This document shows positions 35,559 through 46,023 of a stretch of 64,000 nucleotides of DNA, piece by piece; positions within the stretch are counted from its first letter, which is position 1, and each line of letters starts with the position of its first letter. The position numbers and the translations under genes are program-made. The notes under the pieces are model-generated. The model searched no databases. It was not told where the DNA came from and saw nothing but the letters and a program-made list of their open reading frames with translations. This DNA comes from Heptranchias perlo (taxonomy: Eukaryota): the NCBI RefSeq assembly GCF_035084215.1, contig NC_090366.1:13578001-13642000 (forward strand). Direction: 5' to 3'.

Positions 35559-38500
35559 CGGCAGTGTGCATGTGTGCGTGAGAGATGTGGAAGTATCTCC
35601 AGACTCACGTTCCACGGTGATGGTTATGGAACTCTCCACAGCCCCATGTTCATTCTCCGCCACACACCGATACTCTCCAGCGACCCTGGATGTCACGTGA
35701 GGAAGCTCCAATCGCACCTCGTTGTTGGAACTGCTTCTGATCACTGTGACTCCGAGATGTTCCCACCTCAGATTGGAAGCTGGGAAGCTTTCGACAGAGC
35801 AGCGTAGGGCTGTAGAATTCCCTTCTGTTATACTGATCGATGAATCTTTAATCGTATCAAGAGAAGTAATTGAGAGATTCCTCGGAGCATCTAAATACAA
35901 ATAGGGTCTTTATTGTGAAGGAATATACCTGATAGAGAACAGCCACCTGTCGCAACAAACACAGCGCACAGCAAGAGCCCATGCTTCATCTCTCTGTACC
36001 TTATGTCTGCATGCATTTCCGGGCATCTTTCCCCATTATGAGTTCCTGCGCCCACATTTGTAATGGAAACTGCCTATGTAAACGTCACGCTATAATTACA
36101 CCCTCCCAACAGTGGAGGTGCTCTCCCTCTAGAAAGAAAGTGCCTTTCATGTCCTAAGGATGGCCCCAAGAACGTGACAGCCAATGAATTAGTTTTGAAG
36201 TGTTGTCATTGTTGTAACCTAAGCAAACATGGCAGCATTGACTGTGAAGCACTCTGAGAGATAAGCATATGAGTGTGTGCGTGTGTGCACGTGTGTGTGT
36301 GTGATTCTGTGCACGTGTGGGTGTGCACATACATGTGTGTACGTGTCCATTGGCGTGTGTGTGTATGTGTACATGTAACTACTGCTGATTCCTCAGTGAC
36401 ACAGGAAGGCTGTCGTTGCAATAAACTCTGGGTGGTGAGAGGATCCAACTTGTAATGGGATCCAGACCGATCTCGACTTGACCAGTAGCTGCTCTCTCTG
36501 CTCAAAGTGAATAAACCGCCCACCATTGACAGTGTGTATAGAATTACATCGAATGTACAGCACAGAAACAGGCCATTCGGCCCAACTGGTCTATGCCGGT
36601 GTTTATGCTCCACACGAGCCTCCTCCCTCCCGACTTCATCTCACCCTATCACCATATCCTTCTATTCCTTTCTCCCTCATGTGTTTATCCAGCTTCCCCT
36701 TAAATCCATCCACACTATTCACCTCAACTACTCCTTGTGGGAGCGAGTTCCACATTCTCAGCACTCTCTGGGTAAAGAAGTTTCTCCTGAATTCCCTATT
36801 GGATTTATTAGTGACTATCTTATATTTATGGCCCCCTAGTTCTGGTCTCCCCCACAAGTGGAAACATCTTCTCTACGTCTACCCTATCAAACCCCTTCAT
36901 AATCGTAAAGATCTCTACCAGGTCACCCCTCAGCCTTCTCTTATCTAGAGAAAAAAGCCCCAGCCTGTTCAGTCTTTCCTGATAGTTATAACCTCTCAGT
37001 TCAGGTATCATCCTTGTAAATCTTTTTTGTACCTTCTCCAGTGCCTCAATATCCTTTTGCAACATGGAAACCGGAACTGAGCACAGTGCTCCAAGTGTGG
37101 TCTAACCAAGGTATATGGAGACCAGAACTGTGCACAGTGCTCCAAGTGTGGTCTAACCAAGGTACATGGAGACCAGAACTGTGCACAGTGCTCCAAGTGT
37201 GGTCTAACCAAGGTACATGGAGACCAGAACTGTGCACAGTGCTCCAAGTGTGGTCTCACCAAGGTATTTGGAGACCAGAACTGTGCACAGTGCTCCAAGT
37301 GTGGTCTAACCAAGGTACATGGAGACCAGAACTGTGCACAGTGCTCCAAGTGTGGTCTCACCAAGGTATTTGGAGACCAGAACTGTGCACAGTGCTCCAA
37401 GTGTGGTCCAACCAAGGTATTTGGAGAGCAGAACTGTGCACAGTGCTCCAAGTGTGGTCTAACCAAGGTTCTGTGCAAGTTTAACATAACTTCTCTGCTT
37501 TTCAATTCTATCCCTCGAGAAATGAACCCCAGTATTTAGTTGGCATCTTTTTATGGTCTTATTAACCTGCGTTGCTACTTTTAGTGATTTGTGTATCTTT
37601 AACCCCACCCGATCCCTCTGCTCCTCGACTCCATTTAGACTCAACGGGGGTTATATTCGATTCGGCTGGAAACCGGGCACGGGTATCGCGATGTGTGACT
37701 CCCCTGCGCCCAGCGCCTCCTGCGCAGGCAGGACGAGACATGCCTCCGACCTGTGAACTTACCTGACAGCGGCGTCAAAAACCAGGCTGACACGAGGATT
37801 CAAGGACATGCACACTTTCCACCAGCAGGGGGAGCCCCAATCTCTTAAAGGGAGGATGGCCCTTAAAATCTCTTAAAGGGAGCTGGTACCTGTTAGTTGC
37901 TAAAAAATAACAGTCTGCTGTCTGCTCGGAGTCTGAACGGAGATCAGACATCGCACACGTAAAAGACAGATGCAGTTCCTGTCTCTATGTTTACACACTG
38001 ATGAGTTATGTTAAAACATTGAATAAAGGTTGCGCACCACTAAATCCCACATCCTCCAACCTGGATGCCAGACCTCACCAATCTGCTGATCTGAGTTGGT
38101 ACCAGGCTTGTGAGAGTCCATGCACCAAGCTTCTCTGCTGATGCACTGGAGACCTTGGTGCAAGAGGTGAACAGAAGGAGGGACATCCAATATCCGCAGC
38201 GGGGGTGGGGGGCAAGAGGCCCTCCAGACACATGCTCTCGAAGCAGTGGGAGGCAGCGGGGGACAAAGTCAATGCCAGGCGCACAGCATCATGAACATGG
38301 ATGCAGTGCAGGAAGAAGTTCAATGCTTTGACAAGAATGGTCAAGTTGAGTGAGGTCAACTGTCAAGTGGCGTCTCCTACCAACTGCACACTGGCAGCCA
38401 TTCAACCATGACAGGCACATCACCCAGATACACGTCCCCCTTTCTTGCAGGAGAAGGTGGCGCATAGCAGGAGGCAGCTAGTGGCTGTGGCATTTCGCCC

Positions 38501-41500
38501 CTTGAGCCTGTTCCGCTATTCAATGAGATCATGGTGGTCCTGTGACCAAACTCCATATACCCGCCTTAGCCCCATATCCTACATTAATGACTTGGATATG
38601 AATGTAAAAGGTATGATCAGTAAGTTCGCTGATGATACAAAGATTGGTAGGGTGGTAAATAGCGAGGAGGATAGCCTCAGTCTGCAGGACGATATAGATG
38701 GGTTGGTCAGATGGGCGGAACAGTGGCAAATGGAATTTAACCCGGAAAAGTGCGAGGTGATGCACTTTGGAGGGACTAACAAGGCAAGGGAATACACAAT
38801 GAATGGGAGGACCCTAGGCAAGACAGAGGGTCAGAGGGATCTTGGTGTGCAAGTTCACAGATCCCTGAAGGCGGCGGAACAGGTAGATAAGGTGGTAAAG
38901 AAGGCATATGGGATACTTGCCTTTATTAGCCGAGGCATAGAATATAAGAGCAAGGAGGTTATGATGGAGCTGTATAAAACACTGGTTAGGCCACAGCTGG
39001 AGTACTGTGTGCAGTTCTGGTCACCACACTACAGGAAGGATGTGATCGCTTTGGAGAGGGTGCAGAGGAGATTCACTAGGATGTTACCAGGGCTGGAGCG
39101 CTTCAGCTATGAAGAGAGACTGGGAAGATTGGGTTTGTTTTCCTTGGAGCAGAGGAGGCTGAGGGGGGACATGATTGAGGTGTACAAAATTATGAGGGGC
39201 ACAGATAGGATGGATACTGAGGAGCTTTTTCCCTTCGTTGAGGGTTCTATAACAAGGGGACATAGATTCAAGGTAAAAGGCGGGAGGTTTAGAGGGGATT
39301 TGAGAAAGAACTTTTTCACCCAGAGGGTGGTTGGAGTCTGGAACTCACTGCCTGAAAGGGTTGTGGAGGCAGGAACCCTCACAACATTCAAGAAGCATTT
39401 GGATGAGCACTTGAAATGCCATAGCATACAAGGCTACGGACCAAATGCTGGAATATGGGATTAGAGTAGACAGGGCTGATGGCCGGCGCGGACACGATGG
39501 GTCGAAGGGCCTCTCTCCGTGCTGTATAACTCTATGACTCTATGACTCTATGACTATCCCTTAATACCCTAGAAATCTATCAATCTAAGATTTAACATTC
39601 ACAAGTGAGCTAGCATCAACTGTCATTTGCAGAACAGCGTTCCAAACGTCTCCCACCCTTTGCGTGTAGAAGTATTTCCTGACTTCACTCCTGCACGTCC
39701 TGGCTCTAAATGTTAGGCTATGTCCCCCAGTCCTGGTATTCAAGTATAGGAGACCTCATAAAAACAGTTACAAATGCATCAGCCGCCAGAAGCAATAATC
39801 CAGTCACAAATCTGTAAATCCTGCATGGTCCCTTTAAATAGCACTGGTGGGGGGTCCTCCAGGCACTCTCAGACACGTTCAGAGGGTCGGGGTTAAGACT
39901 GTGCGTTGAGTGGAGCGTTAATCCCAAAATGGTGGCTGTCACTTTGAACCAGCGTTGCACACTGATTGAAGCCATTTTCTTCTTACTTTACATGCTGCCA
40001 GCGTTCGTTATCTGCGCCTGCGCTAACTCCTATACCAAGATGGCGTCTGGCAGACGTCACGCTGGAAACATGCGCGCGCAGCCAAGATGCTATTTTGGCC
40101 CAATTTCTAGCCCTTGTTTTCCAAGGAGTGTGTGGCCTCCTTATTCTGCCTTCCAAAATGTACCACTAATTTAAGTATCTGCCAGTATCCCCAAGCCAAT
40201 TCCGTGAAGAAAATCCGACCCGTTACTGTTACTAACAAAGTTATGCCTAAACTCACTTTGTAAAATCCACAGTCACCCGTCGATATTAATTTGTTTGTAT
40301 TTAGCGAGATGTGGAAGTATCTCCGGACTCACGTTCCACGGTGATAGTTATGGAACTCTCCACAGCCCCATGTTCATTCTCCGCCACACACCGATACTCT
40401 CCAGCGACCCTGGATGTCACGTGAGGAAGCTCCAATCGCACCTCGTTGTTGGAACTGCTTCTGATCACTGTGACTCCGAGATGTTCCCACCTCAGATTGG
40501 AAGCTGGGAAGCTTTCGACAGAGCAGTGTAGGGCTGCAGAATTCCCTTCTGTTATACTGATTGATGAATCTTCAATCTTATCAAGAGAAGTAATTGAGAG
40601 ATTCCTTGGAGCATCTAAAGACAAATAGAGTTTGGTCAACTTCCATTGGCTGTGAAACACTCTGAGAGAACCTGAGATCATGAAAGGTGTGATATCAATC
40701 AATGCAAGTTCCTTCATCACAAAGCTCAGAATCTGGGCCGATACTCACAGTGCAGTGGTGAGGGAGTGCTGCACTGTCGGAGGGTCAGTACTGAGGGAGC
40801 GCTGCACTGTTGGAGGGTCAGTCCTGAGGGAGCGCTGCACTGTCGGAGTGTCAGTACTGAGGGAGCGCTGCACTGTCGGAGGGTCAGTACGGAGGGAGCG
40901 CCGCACTGTCGGAGGGTCAGTACTGAGGGAGCGCTGCACTGTCGGAGGGTCAGTACTGAGGGAGCGCTGCACTGTCAGAGGGTCAGTACTGAGGGAGCAC
41001 TTCACTGTCGGAGGGTCAGTACTGAGGGAGCGCTGCACTGTCGGAGGGTCAGTACTGAGGGAGCGCTGCACTGTTGGAGGGTCAGTACTGAGGGAGCGCT
41101 GCACTGTCGGAGGGTCAGTACTGAGGGAGCGCTGCACTGTCGGAGGGTCAGTACTGAGGGAGCGCTGCACTGTTGGAAGGTCAGTACTGAGGGAGCGCTG
41201 CACTGTCGGAGGTGCCCTCTTTCGCATGAGACTTTAAACTCTCTCAGTTGTACGTAGAAGAAGCCTTGACTCTATTCAAAGATGAGTTCTCCCCAGGGTC
41301 CTGGAGCCAATATTTATCCCTCAACCAACATCATTAGAAAAACAGTTTATCCGGTCATCATTACATTTCTGTTTGTGGGATCTTGCTGTGCATAATGTAG
41401 ACATTCACTGGCAATGTAGAATAAAGGATGTTGGTACTTACATTGAACAGTTAGTGCGAGGGTCCGTTGCGATGAAACAGATGGAAAGCTGACTCTACAG

Positions 41501-44141
41501 GTGAGAGTCTGCCCGTAGTGTTTGGGTGATGGGACCAGAGTCAGAACAGAAGAATATGTCAGAGTTCCACCATGCTGAGTTACACTGTTTGAGACAGACC
41601 CGGGAACATCAGTGGGATTGTCCCAGGTTAAGTCAGGTGCTGTTCCCCCGCACGTTGTGTTGAAGGTGCAGGTTATTTTGCAAGATTTACCCTCAATAAT
41701 TTCAGGAGCGAATATTGTTGGTTTATCTGTGAAATCTGGCAGAGAATACATCCTTTTAGTTAAATATCACTTGGAGAATCAGTTCAAATATGAACCACAG
41801 TCCCACAAGGGGGTTTTTTCTCCAGAAAAGAGAAGGCTGAGGGCTGACCTGATAGAGGTCTTCAAAATCTCATAAAATTGACAATTAATGGACACGGTCA
41901 AGACATTGAATCATTGATTATAAAGTGAGTATTAACGGTTGCTTTAAGACTGAACTGGAAGGTATCGCCTGGTTATTGATAATCAGAAGCTGCGTTATTG
42001 TAATGTTTTGTGTTAATAGTTTATATTATTTCCCATTGACTGTTGAAAGTGAATTGATGAGTAATTATAAACAGCACTTACCGGAAACGTGAAGCTGTGT
42101 TGCTGGGAAGTAGCTGAAGCTATTCTTCTTGTCAAATTCTATCCTGAAATAATAAGGACCTGCATCTTCTGCGGTGATGTCGTTTATAATCAGGGAACAG
42201 TCGCCATTTTTCAGGTCTCCAGACAGACCGGTCCGATGTCTGAATCGGTCCGACTCGTGTCCGTGGTCCTTGGAGTGAAAGGCAATAGAATCGCCCGTCT
42301 CTGTATGAAACCACACTCCATCTCGATGTTTGTTTGCCAAATTCGATGGGTAACTGTAATGGCATGGAATCAGCGCACACAAACCTTTCTGTGCTCTCAC
42401 ATCTCGTGGGGTGTCGGCCTTCCACTCTTGTGACAATACAGCTGAGGAGAAAAAATATCGATACCATTTACCTGCTCCATCCCCCTCGATACCGTCACCG
42501 AACAAAAATCTATCGCCCTCAGCCTTGAAAGCTCCAACTGACCCTGAGCATCCACAGCCATTTTTGGGGGGAGAGAGTTCCAGATTCCCACTCCCCTTTG
42601 TGTGAAGAAGTGCTTCCCGACTTCACCCCTGAACGGCCTGGCTCTAATTTTAAGGTTCTGCCCCCTTTTTCTGGACTCCCCCCACCAGAGGAAATAGTTT
42701 CTCTCCATCGACCCCATCAAAACCAATGGCATTTGAAACACCTTGATTAGATCATCTCGCAGTCTTCTATACTCAAGAGAATACAAGCCATGTCCCCTGA
42801 CGATCGAATCCCCCAATAACAATTCCATTTCTGCCCCCCTGTGCAGCCGAGTCTCCCACGGTGCCGTGGATTTGCTCCTGGTTGCATTGCCCCGAGGTGT
42901 CATCTCCCTCATTGTTATTCAACACTGAATACTGGTTTGTGAGTGTCACGCTCCCAGGGGACTCCTGCACTGCCTGCCTGTTCCTCTTCGTCTATCTGGT
43001 GCTCACCCGCTCCCTCTCCGCCTGAACTCTCTGCAGCAGCGGGGTGACCACCTCCTGAAACGTGCTATCCAAGAAACACTTCCCATGTTCGCTGTACTGA
43101 CACCAGCCGCCCCTCAAGCTCAGAAACTCTGAGCTTGAGCTCGAGCAGTTGGCGGCACTTCCTGCACATGTGGTTTTCCAGGACGCACAAAGTTTACGCA
43201 ACCTCTCCTCGTAATTTAACCCTCTAAGTCCCGGTATCATTCTGGTGAATCTGCACTGCACCCCCTCCAGGGCCAATATACCCTTCCTGAGGTGCGTTGC
43301 CCAGAACTGAACGCAGTGTCTCCAGCTGGGCTCAGGAGTAGGAACCCGGGTTAATTTTCTATTCCCCAACCCAAGGCCAAATCCTGGTGCCTTTCCCCCT
43401 GGGAATCAAACATTGCCGATTCCTCAGGAGAGATGGAGACTGTTTCTATCAGAGATGAACCCAAAGAATCCTGGGCCTGAATAATGGGAGGAGCCCGTTC
43501 TGATCGCAGGCCAGTGAAACAATGTCAGCAAATTGTATTTATATAGCGCCTTTAAAACAACGTCCCGAGGCTCCTCACAGGAGCGATTATCAGACACAAT
43601 CTGACACCGAGCCACATAAGGAGATATTAGGACAGGTGACCAAAAGCTTGGTCAAAGAGGGAGGTTTTAAGGAGCGTCTTAAAGGAGGAGAGAGAGGCGG
43701 AGAGGTTTAGGGAGGGAATTCCAGAGCTCAGGGCCCAGGCAGCTGAAGGCACGGCCGCCAATGGTGGAGCGATGGAAATCGGGGGATGGACAAGAGGCCA
43801 GAATTGGAGGAGTGCAGAGATCTCGGAGGGTTGCAGGGCTGGAGGAGGTTACAGAGATGGGGGGGGAGTGAGGAGGCCATGGAGGGATTTGAACACGAGG
43901 ATGAGAATTTTAAAATCGAGGTGTTCCCGGACCTGGAGCCGATGTCGGTCAGCGAGCACAGGGGGTGATGGGTGAACGGGACTCGGTGCGAGTTAGTACA
44001 CTGAGTCACTGCTGAATTTGGTCCCTCGTCATAACTCAATAACAATGATCGTTTGCACCGACTATTATCCATAAATATCTCCGACCTGACGATGATATTA
44101 CCTTGGAGAAGTGACAGGAGGAAGTAAGGTTTCCTGATCAT
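22292..44141 (-). CDS. Siglec-like gene B, complete: 18 coding exons, 1503 aa, 14 Ig domains (1 V + 13 C2), TM, ITIM + ITIM-like tail
   Basis: Exon lengths 40+360+294+10x282+276+294+97+82+249 = 4512 nt, in frame with compatible phases and GT-AG junctions. Confidence 0.9.
22740..23000 (-). mobile_element. tRNA-headed Deu-domain SINE
   Basis: A-box (TGGCCCAGTGG) and B-box (GGTTCGAGCC) like head followed by Deu body. Confidence 0.7.
23108..23189 (-). CDS. Gene B first cytoplasmic exon
   Basis: ttttgcAG / GAG-GTAACG; [27 protein letters not shown]; phase 2 to 0. Confidence 0.82.
23330..24090. mobile_element. Two CR1 3' fragments in opposite orientation
   Basis: [14 protein letters not shown] on minus; [12 protein letters not shown]...[15 protein letters not shown] on plus. 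Confidence 0.8.
24126..24222 (-). CDS. Gene B transmembrane exon
   Basis: [32 protein letters not shown]: uncharged hydrophobic run then basic stop-transfer; ttacAG / GTACGT. Confidence 0.85.
25248..25687 (-). mobile_element. CR1 3' fragment inserted in an L2 fragment, with AGGTTTAG target-site duplication
   Basis: Same subfamily as 11095-13596; TSD at 25240-25247 and 25688-25695. Confidence 0.88.
25762..26055 (-). CDS. Gene B exon, membrane-proximal Ig domain 14
   Basis: Paralogue of 182-475 (one aa difference). Confidence 0.88.
26340..26615 (-). CDS. Gene B exon, C2-set Ig domain 13
   Basis: Paralogue of 760-1035. Confidence 0.9.
27237..27518 (-). CDS. Gene B repeat Ig exon 10
   Basis: 282 nt open frame, canonical splice sites. 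Confidence 0.85.
28199..28480 (-). CDS. Gene B repeat Ig exon 9
   Basis: 282 nt open frame, canonical splice sites. Confidence 0.85.
29094..29375 (-). CDS. Gene B repeat Ig exon 8
   Basis: 282 nt open frame, canonical splice sites. Confidence 0.85.
30059..30340 (-). CDS. Gene B repeat Ig exon 7
   Basis: 282 nt open frame, canonical splice sites. Confidence 0.85.
31228..31509 (-). CDS. Gene B repeat Ig exon 6
   Basis: 282 nt open frame, GTAAGT donor. Confidence 0.85.
32397..32678 (-). CDS. Gene B repeat Ig exon 5
   Basis: 282 nt open frame, canonical splice sites. Confidence 0.85.
33566..33847 (-). CDS. Gene B repeat Ig exon 4
   Basis: 282 nt open frame, canonical splice sites. Confidence 0.85.
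34718..34999 (-). CDS. Gene B repeat Ig exon 3
   Basis: 282 nt open frame, canonical splice sites. Confidence 0.85.
35609..35890 (-). CDS. Gene B repeat Ig exon 2
   Basis: 282 nt open frame, atttAG / GTGAGT. Confidence 0.85.
36540..37640 (-). mobile_element. CR1 LINE 3' fragment with internal 51-bp tandem repeat x8 (~37063-37469)
   Basis: [24 protein letters not shown]; repeated [16 protein letters not shown]. Confidence 0.88.
37644..40221 (+). mobile_element. Degenerate Harbinger/PIF-like non-autonomous element with Myb/SANT-like remnant; CR1 nested inside
   Basis: [26 protein letters not shown]...QCRKKFNAL (frameshifted); homologous to 62140-63946; GGG-starting imperfect termini. Confidence 0.6.
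38580..39554 (+). mobile_element. 5'-truncated CR1 LINE (RT C-terminal half, intact frame)
   Basis: YINDLD...KFADDTK...[15 protein letters not shown]; (ACTCTATG)n tail; TATCC on both flanks. Confidence 0.92.
40333..40614 (-). CDS. Gene B repeat Ig exon 1 (most diverged copy)
   Basis: 282 nt; DKIEDSS..GNSAAL variant. Confidence 0.85.
40740..41400 (+). mobile_element. Deu-domain SINE with 33-bp VNTR (~40757-41212), paralogous to 14490-15150
   Basis: Same unit and flanks as the gene A copy. Confidence 0.75.
41442..41735 (-). CDS. Gene B exon, Siglec domain 2
   Basis: One aa different from gene A domain 2; 294 nt. Confidence 0.9.
42082..42441 (-). CDS. Gene B exon, Siglec V-set domain
   Basis: [13 protein letters not shown] and YYFRIE with essential Arg; 360 nt. 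Confidence 0.93.
42470..43330 (-). mobile_element. CR1-derived fragments (3' RT end interrupted by an ORF1/esterase-like piece)
   Basis: [30 protein letters not shown]; LTNQYSVL and IVIG-DSIVRG GDSL-like remnants. Confidence 0.7.
44102..44141 (-). CDS. Gene B signal-peptide exon (coding part; exon begins at 44183)
   Basis: [13 protein letters not shown] plus phase-1 GTAATA donor. Confidence 0.8.
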
Positions 44142-44483
44142 TGTCCACTCTCAGATATTTCATCAACTTCTCACTCTCAAGGTCTGAAAGAGAAACAAGT
44201 AAATGAGAACTCACCTCTTGCCCGACAGCTCTGCAGATATTAAAACTGCTTCTAGACAATGTCTTCACGGACTAATTTGATTCTATGTGGGATGATGGGT
44301 TGTCTGCAGTGAGTTACAAGGCTTTAAGAAAGAGAAAAAAAGACAGAACTTGCATTTCTACAGTGCCAGGAGAACTCCCCCTGCTCTTCATCCAATAGTG
44401 GCCGTGGGATCTTTTACGTCCGCCTGAGAGGGACAGACGGAGGCCTCGGTTTAACCTCTCATCTGAAAGACGGCATCTCCAAT

Positions 44484-45521
44484 AGTGCAGCGCTCCCTCA
44501 GTAATGACCCTCCGACAGTGCAGCGCTCCCTCAGTACTGACCCTCCGACAGTGCGGCGCTCCCTCAGTACTGACCCTCCGACAGTGCAGCGCTCCCTCAG
44601 TACTGACCCTCTGACAGTGCATCACTCTCTCAGCACTGACCCTCCGACAGTGCAGCGCTCCCTCAGTACTGACCCTCCGACAGTGCAGCGCTCCCTCAGT
44701 ACTGACCCTCCGACAGTGCAGCACTCTCTCAGTACAGACCCTCTGACAGTGCATCACTCTCTCAGTACTGACCCTCCGACAGTGCAGCGCTCCCTCAGTA
44801 CTGACCCTCCGACAGTGCAGCGCTCCCTCAGTACTGACCCTCCGACAGTGCATCACTCTCTCAGTACTGACCCTCCGACAGTGCAGCGCTCCCTCAGTAC
44901 TGACCCTCCGACAGTGCAGCGCTCCCTCTGTACTGACCCTCCGACAGTGCGGCGTTCCCTCAGTACTGACCCTCTGACAGTGCAGCGCTCCCTCAGTACT
45001 GACACTCCGACACTCCCTCTGCCCTGACCCTCTGACAGTGCAGCACTCCCTCAGTACTGACACTCCGACAGTGAGGCACTCCCTCTGCCCTGACACTCCG
45101 ACAGTTCAGCGCTCCATCTGTACTGACCCTCCGACAGTGCAGCGCTCCCTCAGTACTGACCCTCTGACAGTGCAGCGCTCCCTCAGTACTGACACTCCGA
45201 CAGTGAGGCACTCCCTCTGCCCTGACACTCCGACAGTGCAGCGCTCCATCTGTACTGACCCTCTGACAGTGCAGCGCTCCCTCAGTACTGACCCTCTGAC
45301 AGTGCAGCGCTCCCTCAGTACTGACACTCCGACAGTGAGGCACTCCCTCTGCCCTGACACTCCGACAGTGCAGCGCTCCCTCAGTACTGACCCTCCGACA
45401 GTGCAGCGCTCCCTCAGTACTGACCCTCCGACAGTGCAGCGCTCCCTCAGTACTGACCCTCCGACAGTGCAGCGCTCCCTCAGTACTGACCCTCCGACAG
45501 TGCGGCACTCCCTCAGTACTG
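44484..45521 (-). repeat. 33-bp SINE-derived VNTR (~31 units)
   Basis: CAGTACTGACCCTCCGACAGTGCAGCGCTCCCT tandem, within a minus-strand SINE. Confidence 0.9.
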
Positions 45522-45739
45522 CCTCTGGGAGTGTTGCCCTGCATTATGAGCCCATGTCCCTGGATTTCCCTAGTCCTTGAACTGGAAAGATGTCGTGTTC
45601 GACAGACTTCAGCTCGACACCCCCATCTCAATAAAAAGTAGAGATCTTCATACGGCGCAAATCTCTCTTTACAAAGTCGCGACACCAACAAAGAGCGACA
45701 TTGGTCGTGGAAGTTAATTACAATCGTTGCTTTACTTAC

Positions 45740-45880
45740 CCGGGACCTGTCCGACTGCTCGTGTGGAGAGTAAATGCCAGCACGCACTGCTTGGGCTGAA
45801 TGGCCTTTTGCTGAGTTGTGACTCTGTGTATTTAACAAGAAATGGTTGGACTGTCACTGTGAGTCACATGAGGAAGCAGG
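45740..45880 (-). promoter_or_regulatory. Putative non-coding exon 1 and promoter of gene B (TGAGTCA 45860-45866, GAGGAAGC 45870-45877)
   Basis: Donor CGG/GTAAGT at 45739; homologous to 19674-19815. Confidence 0.45.
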
Positions 45881-46023
45881 GAACAAGTGAGAAAATAAAA
45901 CTTTGCACAAATGAAGGACCTTTGTCTTGCGTTGTAAGCAAACTGTTAACCCTTTGCGTCCTCGCACTGTGACGTTAGTTCTGCCCAAAGCTGGGCAGCT
46001 GTTGAAATTGAGTTTTAATCCAG

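Larger units (their letters stand above)
27160..36260. repeat. Tandem exon-intron array of gene B (0.89-1.17 kb units; four exons at exact 1169-bp spacing)
   Basis: Exon starts 30340, 31509, 32678, 33847. Confidence 0.95.

Noticed and set aside
2331-35807. Many Cys/Val-rich and His/Thr-rich ORFs (CVCVC.., HTHTH..)
   Set aside because: Translations of (TG)n/(CA)n intronic tracts beyond GT donors; not genes
44184-44214. GTGAGT...TTTCAG apparent 31-nt micro-intron before the signal-peptide exon (also 18937-18967)
   Set aside because: Below normal vertebrate spliceosomal minimum; more likely the 3' end of a longer intron from the upstream donor
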